Program-made: the position numbers and the translations under genes
Shown: positions 12,704-23,193 of the stretch, piece by piece
How positions within the stretch are numbered: the stretch's first letter is position 1
How the letters are laid out: each line of letters starts with the position of its first letter
Source of the DNA: Nitrospirota bacterium
GTDB taxonomy: Bacteria > Nitrospirota > UBA9217
Assembly (NCBI GenBank): GCA_963754875.1
Contig: CAVWHO010000020.1
Span: 352,001 to 416,000 of the forward strand
Reading direction: 5' to 3'
Length of the DNA stretch: 64,000 bases
Notes under the pieces: generated by a model
Database searches by the model: none
What the model saw: only the letters and a program-made list of their open reading frames with translations
Told to the model about the DNA's origin: nothing

Positions 12704-13069
12704 ATGAAATTACGAGGCAAGAGGTGGCAATGCAGTGCATGCGGAACGGAAAATGACACTGCATCAAAAACGTGTACGAATTGCGGCGCGCTAGTACATG
12801 AGGGACCCGTGTCCAAGTACAAAGGCTCCCGAAGGATAGCAAAAGCCGTTTCCATTAGTGGATGGTTCATTGTTGTATTAAGTGTTTACGGGCTATTACA
12901 TCTTGGGCTCACCATGATGAGCTTGTATTTGATTTTAGGGGGATTTTTCAGCGGGTTTCTATTGGTAGTTGCAGGTCAATTTGCACGTGCAATAATTGAT
13001 AATGCTGATAATACCGGCCAAATACTGGCGCTTATGAAAAGTAAAAAAAATGAACGGGTTGTTCAATAG
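12704..13069 (+). CDS. Zinc-ribbon membrane protein
   Basis: WQCSACG...CTNCG (RanBP2-like) then two TM helices; GGAGG RBS. Confidence 0.8.
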   Translation: MKLRGKRWQCSACGTENDTASKTCTNCGALVHEGPVSKYKGSRRIAKAVSISGWFIVVLSVYGLLHLGLTMMSLYLILGGFFSGFLLVVAGQFARAIIDNADNTGQILALMKSKKNERVVQ

Positions 13070-13077
13070 CCTTCCTG

Positions 13078-13800
13078 TCAGTCCTCGCTTCCCCGTTCAA
13101 TACCGGTATGTTGGTTACCTTCAACGCAGTCTATGAATCTCATAAGCAACGACTTGTCCAGGTCCGTCAGTTCCAGGAATTTCACCCCTATGTCGTAATC
13201 TGCATGCATCCTATGCTGGTGTTTGCGGCAGGAAACAACTTTGCCCATAAAGTTTACAGGAGCACAATCGTTGGGTGACAACTCCAGGAGGACCATGCTG
13301 TCTATGTTCAAGTGATGATTGGTTTGAATAATTACGCCGCTGAGGCTGATTTCTTTTATTCCGAACTGCGTCGGCAGATTCAGAACCTTTTCGTCGGGCG
13401 TGGTGATGCGAAACCGGATAAAGCAAGAGAACCAGTCAGCCTGCTCCGGTACCGGTGTTTTCCGGTGGTTTTCAATTGAAGCAAGAAAATCTTTGACCTT
13501 CCCCACCGATGCCTCGTTAAACAATATCCCCACCGAGTAGATCGTAACTTGGACCCCCTCAGCTCTTTCCTCAATTCCGCTTAATTCTGAACGAACCACT
13601 ACCCCCTTTACATTAATAGGCTTCCCTTCGTATCCCAGCATCATCAAACACTCTTTCCCTATGTTAAGTTTCCTGTCCGCCTTGAACGCAACCCCGCCCA
13701 AGCTGATATCAATGATTTCTACACTGCCGACCAAGCTTATCTTGCTGTTCAGATCGATTACATCCAATTTGAATCTCTTATGCTTCCTCATCTGCCGCAT
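13078..13800 (-). CDS. Tandem PilZ-domain protein
   Basis: RKHKRF and DISLGG motifs; second domain EISLSG...IGVKF; paralog of 20905..21639. Confidence 0.85.
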   Translation of the reverse strand: MRQMRKHKRFKLDVIDLNSKISLVGSVEIIDISLGGVAFKADRKLNIGKECLMMLGYEGKPINVKGVVVRSELSGIEERAEGVQVTIYSVGILFNEASVGKVKDFLASIENHRKTPVPEQADWFSCFIRFRITTPDEKVLNLPTQFGIKEISLSGVIIQTNHHLNIDSMVLLELSPNDCAPVNFMGKVVSCRKHQHRMHADYDIGVKFLELTDLDKSLLMRFIDCVEGNQHTGIERGSED

Positions 13801-14167
13801 TTTGTGACTCCAATTGCTACCTTCCCTGATTTCGTATGGATGGCACTGGCCTTTTCACCGTAGAGATAAGACCATAATGTATGTTTCCGGCGACCCTTGC
13901 CCGATCTGCTCTCTGCATCATCACTGCCTTTAATTTGGGTCGTTCAACTTCCTTCGCTCTTCGCCTGATCCTCGTCCTTACTCCGAAAATTTGTACCTCC
14001 CGCGACTCTGATTATGGTAACATAAAACCCGAAGAAGGGCAATCATGGGTGGAGAAAAAGGATTGCTCCCAAGCAAACCATCAGAAGTTCGTGCGATGCC
14101 GATGACTGACATCGAAAAGATATTTTAAGCGCAGACATCAGCGGATGAGGTTGATATTTTACATGCT

Positions 14168-14869
14168 TCAAAGCATGGCAACTTTATCGACAGAATGCCT
14201 TGCCAGCAAATTATCTCTGTAGAGGAGCAGTTTAAAATATTCGAATATCAGTTCGCTCAACGTAGCATGATAATTCGATGCATAAATGCTAAGAGCTATG
14301 CCTCGGCCGTTTACATACTTTGAAAAAGCCAACCATGTCCTCATGGTGTGGTAGGGAGAAGTCACGAGGACCAGATGTGTATACCCCCTCTGCGAGGCAG
14401 TATCGGCAATACTCTTTGCCTCTGTTAATGTTCCAAAGAAGCGACGCTTTAATGTTACTAATTCTATATCTTCTTTTTTCACGCCGCTGTTAGCCAATGT
14501 TTTTATAAACCATTCATCATTTGTTAAATTCCTGTGAAGATGATGGTCGTATTCTGTTATTCCCGGCCTGCTTAACGACAATATTCTTTTACACAGGCCG
14601 TGATGATACAACTCGGCGGCAGTTCCGATTTTTCGTATAAGTTCATTTTGAGATCCGCCCAGTACGTAGACGACATTATCCGACTGTGCAGGAGAAGAAA
14701 TAGAGGAAGTTTCCGGGAGAGGCTCGACTTTTGTCAGTTCACCGATGAGCAGACGATAGAGCTCCTTATGGCCGGGAAAAGTTTCAGCGCGGATAAATAA
14801 TACACAGAAGATGGCAAAAACACCGATACCGAGGATGAGGGGGCGTTTTTTCAGGAGATATGTATTCAT
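14168..14869 (-). CDS. YdcF/ElyC/SanA (DUF218) family protein
   Basis: N-terminal TM, VYVLGG, GTLTEA, LVTSPYHTMR. Confidence 0.8.
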   Translation of the reverse strand: MNTYLLKKRPLILGIGVFAIFCVLFIRAETFPGHKELYRLLIGELTKVEPLPETSSISSPAQSDNVVYVLGGSQNELIRKIGTAAELYHHGLCKRILSLSRPGITEYDHHLHRNLTNDEWFIKTLANSGVKKEDIELVTLKRRFFGTLTEAKSIADTASQRGYTHLVLVTSPYHTMRTWLAFSKYVNGRGIALSIYASNYHATLSELIFEYFKLLLYRDNLLARHSVDKVAML

Positions 14870-15288
14870 CGATATTATTGAGCATTGTCAAGTTTATATC
14901 GTGAAATAAACATGACCGCGTGTTGTATGCTGAAAAGGGAATTATTCTTTACAAGAATGGCGCTGCACCATAATTCATGGTTACAAAGTTCTTCGCCCTA
15001 TCAGAAATAGTTATACATCAATTTGTATCGAAAATCTACCTCTATGGCACAATCGATAAGTACAGCTTACAGAAAGAATATCGCCCTTCAGATTGTAGCC
15101 GATATTCAGCACCTCAATCACATCAGGTTCTCTGTGAGTGACTTAGCCATCGCATCACGCAATGGCAGAGATACATTGAACCCCATAGAATATAGCGGAT
15201 TATTAGAGCAAATTCTGTAGGTCCCTCACCTGCGTTTGATGAGTATATCAGTTTTCTGCACAGGCAAAATCGATAAAATTATCCTTTT

Positions 15289-15328
15289 GTGCCGTAAAAC
15301 CCCGCCTCTTGGTGGGGATGTAAGGCAC
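15289..15328. repeat. Isolated palindrome resembling an IS200/IS605 subterminal end
   Basis: GTGCCGTAAAACCCCGCC-TCTT-GGTGGGGATGTAAGGCAC nested hairpin; no transposase adjacent. Confidence 0.5.
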
Positions 15329-15421
15329 TGGTTGCAACGCAACCCGATAAGTTGCTAAGTATTGAAATCTTTACCTCTATGATATAATATGTGGAATGCT
15401 TGAAACCGCTGAGGAGATTCC

Positions 15422-18400
15422 ATGAATAACAAAACAACGACAAATGGGCCCGCTTTTAATTCGGAATTGGAGCTCAAATATCGAACGCTTTTCGAACAAT
15501 CAGCCGACGGCATCCTCATTCTCGACCCCGAGGGAAATATTCTGGAGTTCAATACCAACGCGCATTTGCAATTGGGGTACACAAGGGAAGAGTTTGAGAA
15601 ACTCCGTATTGCCGATCTCGACCCGGAGGAGACCCCGGCAGAAATAAGGGGAAAAATCCAGGAGATCTTGCGGCAGGGAAAAGCCGAACACGAGGTTAAA
15701 CACATAACCAAGCAGGGGGAGACTAGAGACGTCCACATCATTGTACAGAAGCTTGTTCTGTCAGGCAAACCGATTCTCCACGCTATTTGGCGCGACATCA
15801 CCGACCGTAAGCGGGCGGAGGAGATGCAAAGGAGAATTCAAGATCATGTCCAGGCTCTCTATAACAGTATTACCGATGCCCTGTTTGTTCATAGCGAACT
15901 GCCTGAAAGCGGCCAGCGCTTTTTGGAGGTCAATGACGTGGCCTGCCGGCGCCTCGGTTATACGCGTGATGAGTTGCTTTGCCTGTCGCCGAAAGACATC
16001 GATGCTCCGGATTCGGGCCTGGACATCGAATCTATCGTGGAACAAGTCGCGGCAGGGAAATCAGTGGTTTTCGAGCAGGTCCATGTTGCAAAGGACGGAA
16101 GACGTATACCGGTCGAGATCAGTGCAAAACTGCTCACGCTGGAAGGTAAACCGGCCGTTTTATCGATGGTTCGCGACATCACCGAACGAAAGCAAGCGGA
16201 GGAAAAGCTTCAGAAAAGCGAGGCCGAGCTTTCAGAATCACAACGTGTGGCGCACATCGGCAGTTGGGACTGGGACGTCCGGACGGATATAATATCGTGG
16301 TCCAACGAATTATACCATATTTTCAATATTGATCCGGATGCGATTCGGCGTAATTATCTCAAGCATTTGAAACTGTACACGCCTGAAAGCATCGAGAGGC
16401 TTGATGCGTCGGTGAAAAAAACCCTAGAAACAGGAGAACCGTACAAGCTCGACCTTGAAGTGGCTAATCCAAGCACCGAAATACAGTGGATTGCCGCGAG
16501 AGGCGAAGTCAAGCGGGATTTGGGTGGGAGCATTACCGGCCTTCATGGCACAGCTCAGGATATCACCGAACGCAAACTGGCTGAGGAGAAGCTCCGGCAA
16601 AGCGAGACTAAATACCGCTACCTGTTCGAGTCGTCGATGGACGGGATTTTCATCCTGGGTCTTGATGGACACTTTATCGACGTTAACCGGACCGCCTATG
16701 AACGCCTGGGATATACGCGGGAGGAGATGCTCGCCCTGAATGTAAGAAACTTCACCTCCCCCGAGTTTGCCCGCCAGGTCCCGGAACGGATGGCGCAGGT
16801 ACGCGAGCGCGGGATGGCGGTTTTCGAATCCAGCCACCTGCGCAAGGACGGTTCCGCGATGCCGGTGGAAGTAAATGCGCGACTGATCGAGTACGACGGG
16901 AAAATGGCTCACTTCAGCGTCGCCCGGGACATCACCGAACGCAAACAGGCCGAGGAGAGGATCCGCCAGAGCGAGCAGTTCATTCGGGGCATCCTCGACA
17001 CTGTCGATGAAGGATTCATTGTTGTCGACCGGGACTTCCGCATTCTGACAGTCAACAAGGCCTACTGCAGCCAGGTGGGTGGCTGCGATGAAAACATGAT
17101 CGGAAGTCATTGCTATGAGATGACACACAAGAGCAGCCTGCCCTGCTCCAAAAATGGCGAGGAGTGCGCACCATGCAGGGCATTTGAAACGGGCAAGCCC
17201 CATTCAACAATCCATCGCCACAAAGACCCCAACGGGAACATCCTCTACGTAGAGACCAAGGCCTTTCCCATCAAAGACGCATCCGGCGTTGTAACCTCCG
17301 TCATCGAAACGCTCAACAATATTACGGAACAACATCTTCTTGAAGAAGAACGACTCAAGACCCAGAAACTTGAATCCATAGGCACTCTTGCAGGCGGGAT
17401 CGCCCATGATTTCAACAATCTTTTGCAGGGTGTGTTCGGGTATATCTCCATGGCCAAGATGACCTTCGACCGGAAAGAGAAGTCGTTCGCTATGCTCGAA
17501 CAGGCCGAGAAAGCCCTTCACCAGTCTGTCAATCTTACGGCCCAGCTCCTGACCTTTTCCAAGGGCGGCAAGCCGCTCAAGAAGCTCATAGACCTTCGAA
17601 CGGTCGTCGAGAACTCGGCAAAATTTACGCTTAGTGGCTCGCGATCCGATATCCGTATGAATATTCCGAAAGACCTGTGGCAGGCGGAGGCGGATGAAGG
17701 TCAGCTGGGACAGGTGGTCCAGAACATCGTGCTGAATGCGGACCAGGCCATGCCGCTCGGAGGCACGGTCAGTATTACAGCGGCGAACCTTGCAGGGGGC
17801 GATGCATCACTGCCCCCCCGACTCGCAAAGGCGAACTATGTCGTAATAGCGATCCAGGATGCCGGCGTCGGCATCCCCGAACAGTATCTGAGCAAGATCT
17901 TCGACCCCTATTTCACGACCAAGGACAAGGGAAGCGGCCTGGGGCTGGCAACATCCTACTCGATCGTCAGGAATCATGGCGGCATGATCCATGTCAGGAC
18001 CAAATCCGGCGAAGGCAGCACGTTCATGATCTATCTTCCCGCGATTCCCGGAGAAGGCCGTCGAGACGCCGTAACCGGCCCTGCAAAGGATGCGAAGCCG
18101 CGAGCAGCAAAGATTCTGGTAATGGACGATGAGGAAATTATCAGAAATTTAAGCTGTGAAATTTTCAGGGCACTGGGACATACCGTTGAAGTGGCAATAG
18201 ACGGCCAGGAGGCACTGGAAAAGTATAAGGGTGCGATGGCCGGCAGACCCTTCGATATCGTCATCCTGGATCTGACAGTACGGGGCGGCATGGGAGGAAC
18301 GGAAACGATGCAAAAGCTTCTCGAACTTGATCCCCGGGTGAAGGCGATCGTATCAAGCGGGTATTCCGACGATTTCGCGACGACGAACTACGAAAAACAG

Positions 18401-18478
18401 GGGTTCAAAGCATTTTTGAAGAAACCCTATAATGTTGAGGCTCTCAGGGTGATGCTGAATAAGATGCTTGCTGGTTAA
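15422..18478 (+). CDS. Cytoplasmic multi-PAS hybrid histidine kinase/receiver
   Basis: Five PAS/PAC units (DITER-type ends), GGIAHDFNNLL, FDPYFTTK, GSGLGL, C-terminal receiver ILVMDDE. Confidence 0.95.
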   Translation: MNNKTTTNGPAFNSELELKYRTLFEQSADGILILDPEGNILEFNTNAHLQLGYTREEFEKLRIADLDPEETPAEIRGKIQEILRQGKAEHEVKHITKQGETRDVHIIVQKLVLSGKPILHAIWRDITDRKRAEEMQRRIQDHVQALYNSITDALFVHSELPESGQRFLEVNDVACRRLGYTRDELLCLSPKDIDAPDSGLDIESIVEQVAAGKSVVFEQVHVAKDGRRIPVEISAKLLTLEGKPAVLSMVRDITERKQAEEKLQKSEAELSESQRVAHIGSWDWDVRTDIISWSNELYHIFNIDPDAIRRNYLKHLKLYTPESIERLDASVKKTLETGEPYKLDLEVANPSTEIQWIAARGEVKRDLGGSITGLHGTAQDITERKLAEEKLRQSETKYRYLFESSMDGIFILGLDGHFIDVNRTAYERLGYTREEMLALNVRNFTSPEFARQVPERMAQVRERGMAVFESSHLRKDGSAMPVEVNARLIEYDGKMAHFSVARDITERKQAEERIRQSEQFIRGILDTVDEGFIVVDRDFRILTVNKAYCSQVGGCDENMIGSHCYEMTHKSSLPCSKNGEECAPCRAFETGKPHSTIHRHKDPNGNILYVETKAFPIKDASGVVTSVIETLNNITEQHLLEEERLKTQKLESIGTLAGGIAHDFNNLLQGVFGYISMAKMTFDRKEKSFAMLEQAEKALHQSVNLTAQLLTFSKGGKPLKKLIDLRTVVENSAKFTLSGSRSDIRMNIPKDLWQAEADEGQLGQVVQNIVLNADQAMPLGGTVSITAANLAGGDASLPPRLAKANYVVIAIQDAGVGIPEQYLSKIFDPYFTTKDKGSGLGLATSYSIVRNHGGMIHVRTKSGEGSTFMIYLPAIPGEGRRDAVTGPAKDAKPRAAKILVMDDEEIIRNLSCEIFRALGHTVEVAIDGQEALEKYKGAMAGRPFDIVILDLTVRGGMGGTETMQKLLELDPRVKAIVSSGYSDDFATTNYEKQGFKAFLKKPYNVEALRVMLNKMLAG

Positions 18479-18936
18479 TATTTTATATTTAACGTAAGGT
18501 AGGTGCGACATTTGAGACGCACCATGGCAATCGTTGGCATGCCTCACAAAAAACCTAACCGCGCTCAGACCTCGTCAACCTGTTCCGTTCCTCACCCAGT
18601 CCTGCAACGATATTCAACTGCATCTGATCCCTCAAACTTGTAATTACCCGTTCCTGCCGGAGGAGTCGCCACTAAAGTTGTTTCACCACAGTATTCTTCA
18701 AGAAACGACGACCTTAGTATTAGTTCTTATTCAAGGATGCAAATTTCAACACTTTATAAAAAAATCTTTTATTACCATATGAAGAAATCACCTTGACGAA
18801 ATTAACACTGTAATCGTATAATCATCAGGCGAAAAAAAGTGCACAATATTCACGTTTGGAAAATTTTAGATTTGACATTTCTTGCCATGAAAACCATCTT
18901 GGACTCCTCGACCATAGACTTCTCACTTCCCGCATA

Positions 18937-20073
18937 ATGACTGGAAGATTACTCGATAAATCCGATTTTCTCAAATACATTTTCGACACGATACCATCGT
19001 TCATGTTTGTAGTGGACGAGGATGTTCGAATCATTCACTTGAATGCTGCGGCCTTGACGCTCCTCGGCGGAGACTTGAAGCAGGCATTGCACAAACGGGG
19101 CGGCGAGGCATTGCACTGCATTCATTCGACCGAGACCCTGAATGGCTGCGGCCACGCGCCGTCCTGCAAAGACTGTGTGATCAGGAACTCTGTGAACGAG
19201 GCTTTTAAGGGCAGACGGAGACATCGTGAAGAATCGAAATTGGAGCTCGTACGTGATGGCACGGTATGCGGCATCAATGTGAAAATCACGGCCAACCCGC
19301 TCCGGTACAAAGGAAAAGATTTTGTCCTTCTCTTGATTGAGGACATTACTGACCTCAAGAAAAGCGAGGAGCAACTGAAGCAGCACGCAGCCCGGCTGGA
19401 AGACGCAAACAGAGAGCTTGAGGCGTTCAGTTATTCCGTATCTCACGATCTCAAAGCCCCGCTCCGGAGCATATGCGGTTTCAGCGACGTACTTTTGCAG
19501 GATTTTGGCTCGCGTCTGGACGAGGAGGGCAGGGATTTTCTTCAGCGTATCCGCTCATCGGGGCTGCGAATGACGCAGCTCGTCGATGACATGCTGAACC
19601 TTTCCCGTATCACGAAAGAGGAGCTTCGCCGCGAGGAAGCTGATCTCAGCGAACTAGCACTCACCGTTGCTGAAGAAATCATGACGAATAGCCCCGGCCG
19701 CAGTATCAATTTCATCGTCGCGCCCGGCATACGCGCAAGCGGCGATGTCCGACTCATGCGAATCGTCCTGGAAAACCTGCTTGGCAATGCGGCAAAATTC
19801 ACGTCGGACCGCGAGAGCGCACGGATCGAATTCGGTTCGGTCTTTCAAGGCGACAAATGTGCGTACTTTGTGCGGGACAACGGCGCCGGCTTCGACATGG
19901 CGCGAGCCCGTGATCTCTTCACTCCCTTCAAAAGGTTGCATGACGAGTCGAGGTTCCCGGGTAACGGCATTGGATTGACGACGGTACGCCGTATTATCCA
20001 TCGGCATGGCGGCACGATCTGGGCTGAAAGTGCTGTAGAAAAGGGAACAGCGTTTTACTTTACGTTACAGTAA
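18937..20073 (+). CDS. PAS sensor histidine kinase
   Basis: ELEAFSYSVSHDLKAPLR, NAAKFT, DNGAGF, GIGL; Cys-rich PAS insert (CIH...CG...CKDC); start 18937 or 18856. Confidence 0.92.
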   Translation: MTGRLLDKSDFLKYIFDTIPSFMFVVDEDVRIIHLNAAALTLLGGDLKQALHKRGGEALHCIHSTETLNGCGHAPSCKDCVIRNSVNEAFKGRRRHREESKLELVRDGTVCGINVKITANPLRYKGKDFVLLLIEDITDLKKSEEQLKQHAARLEDANRELEAFSYSVSHDLKAPLRSICGFSDVLLQDFGSRLDEEGRDFLQRIRSSGLRMTQLVDDMLNLSRITKEELRREEADLSELALTVAEEIMTNSPGRSINFIVAPGIRASGDVRLMRIVLENLLGNAAKFTSDRESARIEFGSVFQGDKCAYFVRDNGAGFDMARARDLFTPFKRLHDESRFPGNGIGLTTVRRIIHRHGGTIWAESAVEKGTAFYFTLQ

Positions 20074-20344
20074 ACACCGTTTGGTTATCGGTCATCGGTG
20101 CATGCCGGCAGGTGGTCGATGAATCCCGCGACTTGCAATCCCCCGGTTCCCGCCTGGGGTAATGTGTCGTAAACCGCTATTTCTCCCCGAACGATCTGAA
20201 AGATCCTGCTCGTACTGTGGGGTAACAAAACCTTCCTGAAATTTACAACAGCGGCAGGTTTCGGAACGTGCGGACGTCATGCGGAAATATTCGGCCCAAG
20301 GCGACGCTCCACGATGATATCGATGGAGATTATTTCAATATTGG

Positions 20345-20695
20345 ATGGTGTTGCTCATGAGTTCATACAACAATGAAAAAAGGATCAAACGAAGGATGAA
20401 GCAGGAGTTGGTGGTGGGCGTCAGGACCAAGATGGGACTAATCAATGTGGCCTACACAATTGATCTATCCCGTAGCGGTGTAAAGGTTGGAAGCCCGCTG
20501 CTTCTGCTTTCCCTTGGAGAACAGGTGGAGCTCGTAATTGATAAACAGGGAGAAAAATATCCGTTCTCAGGCCGGGTTGAAAGAGAGGACGGGAATTATT
20601 ACATCAACCGCATAAGCCGCAGCGTAAATACATTTTTTATCAGGATTGACGACGACCGGTTTCCAAAATTTGTTATCGACAATTATTTCTTATAA
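20345..20695 (+). CDS. Single PilZ-domain protein
   Basis: KRIKRR and DLSRSG motifs. Confidence 0.7.
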   Translation: MVLLMSSYNNEKRIKRRMKQELVVGVRTKMGLINVAYTIDLSRSGVKVGSPLLLLSLGEQVELVIDKQGEKYPFSGRVEREDGNYYINRISRSVNTFFIRIDDDRFPKFVIDNYFL

Positions 20696-20904
20696 TGTTT
20701 AGCATATACTTTTTACGCGTCTACTGCAATTAGTAGCCGGGGGTATCTGTTTCGGGCAGATCACGAAAAAATTTTCGTTTATCCTTTCCCTGACTGAATA
20801 TGATTTTTTCTGCCTGGCAGCAGCTGCTGCATTCCCCCTTTTTTGCGTAGACATCATTTCTCAGAAGGAGTATCCTGAGAACAGTCATTTGTGAGGGAAC
20901 TACC

Positions 20905-21639
20905 ATGCAACACCTGAGACGACATCAAAGATACGGCCTGGATTTAATGGACGTAAAGGGCAAGATGAGTTTATCCGAAAAAGTCGAGATCCTTGATATC
21001 AGTCTCGGCGGAGTTGCCTTAAAAGTGGACCGAAGACTGAATCCCGGCAGAGAATATATGATCAAGCTGCACGATAAAGAGAATACTCTTAATGTAATGG
21101 GCATGATAGTCCGTTCCGAGCTCAGCGGAATGGAGACGAGAGACAATGGAGAAAGTGTCTCCATATACGCGGCAAGCATGCAGTTTAAAGATGGTTCAAC
21201 GGACCGGGTCGCCGATTTTCTTAAATCAATAGTGCCGAACCAAAAAAAGCCAGCCCCAATACCAGGGGAGCGGAGACTCGCTGTCAGGTCGCAAACTCCC
21301 GAGCCGCAGGAGAATATTTTGTGCTATCCCGCCAACTTCAAGGTGAAAACAGTCAGCCTCAGCGGCATGCTCATTCAGACTGATCAGGCCCTGGCAATAG
21401 AAAGCAAAGTCCCCATGGGATTGCCTCTGAATGACGGCACCACGGTCAACTTTACCGGACGAGTTGTTTCATGCCAAATGAAGGAAGACAAGGGGCAACA
21501 AACACACTTCGATATAGGGTCGGAGTTTATCGATCTGACAGACAAGGATAAAGCGTTGCTCCAAATGTTCATAGACCAGTGGACAACAATGGAAAACAGC
21601 ATCGCAAGAGAAAAAGAACACTCAGAGGGTCGTACCTGA
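20905..21639 (+). CDS. Tandem PilZ-domain protein
   Basis: RRHQRY and DISLGG; second domain ERRLAVR...TVSLSG. Confidence 0.85.
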   Translation: MQHLRRHQRYGLDLMDVKGKMSLSEKVEILDISLGGVALKVDRRLNPGREYMIKLHDKENTLNVMGMIVRSELSGMETRDNGESVSIYAASMQFKDGSTDRVADFLKSIVPNQKKPAPIPGERRLAVRSQTPEPQENILCYPANFKVKTVSLSGMLIQTDQALAIESKVPMGLPLNDGTTVNFTGRVVSCQMKEDKGQQTHFDIGSEFIDLTDKDKALLQMFIDQWTTMENSIAREKEHSEGRT

Positions 21640-22119
21640 ACGTCGTTGCCGGGAGAACCAATCGGGACATCCTGTATTGATTAAGATAGCAATAAACCAG
21701 CTTGCTTTTTCAACATGATAACCATGCCGGCTTCTTTTGAACGCACTGATCCTGTACAACGAGCAATCCGGTCCCTTTTTTGACATTATCTAAAAATACC
21801 CCCCCTTTACTAAATATCTTGCAATAAATAAACGAATATGATGGTAAAGTATCATATCTTTGTGTCATAATGTTTAATTTCCATTATAAACCTCCTGCAT
21901 TGCGCTGGTTTCTTTCTGTTTTATCAAGCATGTAAAATCTATTTGCCGAGTAGTTCTTCGACCACACAGGCCCGTACCAGAGCGTACTGCAGTGGCTCGG
22001 GGGAACGTCGTTCGGGAGCACGGGTTTTCTGAGCCGCGAGATCCAGATGTTTGCTGACTCAGATGCAGATCTGACCGCGCTTCTGAACGAACTGCTTTCC
22101 GGCAGAAGCCGGGAACCTA

Positions 22120-22140
22120 TAGGGTCAGGTCTTTTAATTT
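22120..22140 (+). repeat. REP-like motif TAGGGTCAGGTCTTTTAATTT (left of Y1 transposase)
   Basis: Inverted copy at 23031-23046; third copy split by the IS110 element. Confidence 0.8.
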
Positions 22141-22167
22141 GACATTCTCCTTTTTCAGTGCTAATCT
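22139..22167 (+). promoter_or_regulatory. Promoter of Y1 transposase gene, probably leaderless
   Basis: TTGACA-17 bp-TAATCT with TGn extension; ATG 7 nt downstream; no SD. Confidence 0.65.
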
Positions 22168-22173
22168 CGCCGC

Positions 22174-23025
22174 ATGACCCGCCCCCTTCGCATAGAATAC
22201 GCCGGAGCCGTCTACCACATCACCTCCCGCGGCAATGAAAAGAAGGCTGTTTTCAAAGACGACCAGGACCGCATCAACTTCCTGAACACGCTCCAGCATG
22301 TCAACAAGCGGTATAACTGGCTCTGTCATGCCTACTGCATGATGGACAATCATTATCACCTTCTGATCGAGACACCTGACGGCAATCTGTCCCTGGGTAT
22401 GCGGCAGTTGAACGGAGTCTATACGCAGCTTTTCAATAAACGTCATCAACGGACGGGCCATCTATTCCAAGGACGATACAAATCAATCCTCATTCAGAAG
22501 GACAGCCATCTTCTCGAAGTATGCAGGTACGTAGTATTAAATCCTGTCCGGGCGCGGATGGTTGAACGACCGGAAGCCTGGAAATGGTCCAGCTACCGTG
22601 CTACAGTGGGAAAGGAATCGCCGGCACCATGCCTGACAACGGACTGGGTCCTTGGGCAATTCAGCCGAAAGAGAACTGCGGCAGAGCAGAAATACCGGCA
22701 ATTCGTCGAATGGGGTATCGGCAAGGAGACTATCTGGAGAGAGGTAAAAGGACAGTCCATCCTGGGTGAAGACGATTTTGTGGAGGGACTCATCTCCCAT
22801 ATCAAGAAACATCAGAACATTCCTGAAATACCGAAGAGTCATCGCTATGTGAACAGACCGTCTCTCGACAAGATATTTCCGAAAAATGTGATCCTGGATA
22901 AGAGAAAACGAGATAAGAAGATCATTGATGCCGTGCAGAAATATGGTTATACTCAGCAGCAGATAGCCGCTCATTTGAGTATGCATTATTCAACGATCAG
23001 CAATCTGGTGAGGGGTAAGGCGTAA
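22174..23025 (+). CDS. HUH Y1 transposase-like protein (RAYT-like) with C-terminal HTH
   Basis: RPLRIEYAGAVYHITSRGN, HUH motif NHYHLL, HLFQGRY, YVVLNPVRA, WSSY; HTH YTQQQIAAHLSMHYSTIS. Confidence 0.9.
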   Translation: MTRPLRIEYAGAVYHITSRGNEKKAVFKDDQDRINFLNTLQHVNKRYNWLCHAYCMMDNHYHLLIETPDGNLSLGMRQLNGVYTQLFNKRHQRTGHLFQGRYKSILIQKDSHLLEVCRYVVLNPVRARMVERPEAWKWSSYRATVGKESPAPCLTTDWVLGQFSRKRTAAEQKYRQFVEWGIGKETIWREVKGQSILGEDDFVEGLISHIKKHQNIPEIPKSHRYVNRPSLDKIFPKNVILDKRKRDKKIIDAVQKYGYTQQQIAAHLSMHYSTISNLVRGKA

Positions 23026-23030
23026 CACCA

Positions 23031-23046
23031 AAATAAAAGACCTGAC
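23031..23046 (-). repeat. REP-like motif, inverted copy (right of Y1 transposase)
   Basis: AAATAAAAGACCTGAC = reverse complement GTCAGGTCTTTTATTT. Confidence 0.8.
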
Positions 23047-23193
23047 GCTTGACGGGTTCTAGTGATGCAGTTTCAGTTATTTCCATTTTGGAAAGCACTG
23101 ACGACGAAGGTGAACCTTTAAACTCACTTCTTGTCTTTTGCGCTAGACCGTTTCACTCGGAATTGTTATCATGCTATGTAAGGGGACCATCTG

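Noticed and set aside
20080..20280. Possible small frameshifted minus-strand gene
   Set aside because: No RBS or recognisable motif; cannot be supported without a search
22117..22461. 114-aa minus-strand ORF
   Set aside because: Antisense shadow of the Y1 transposase
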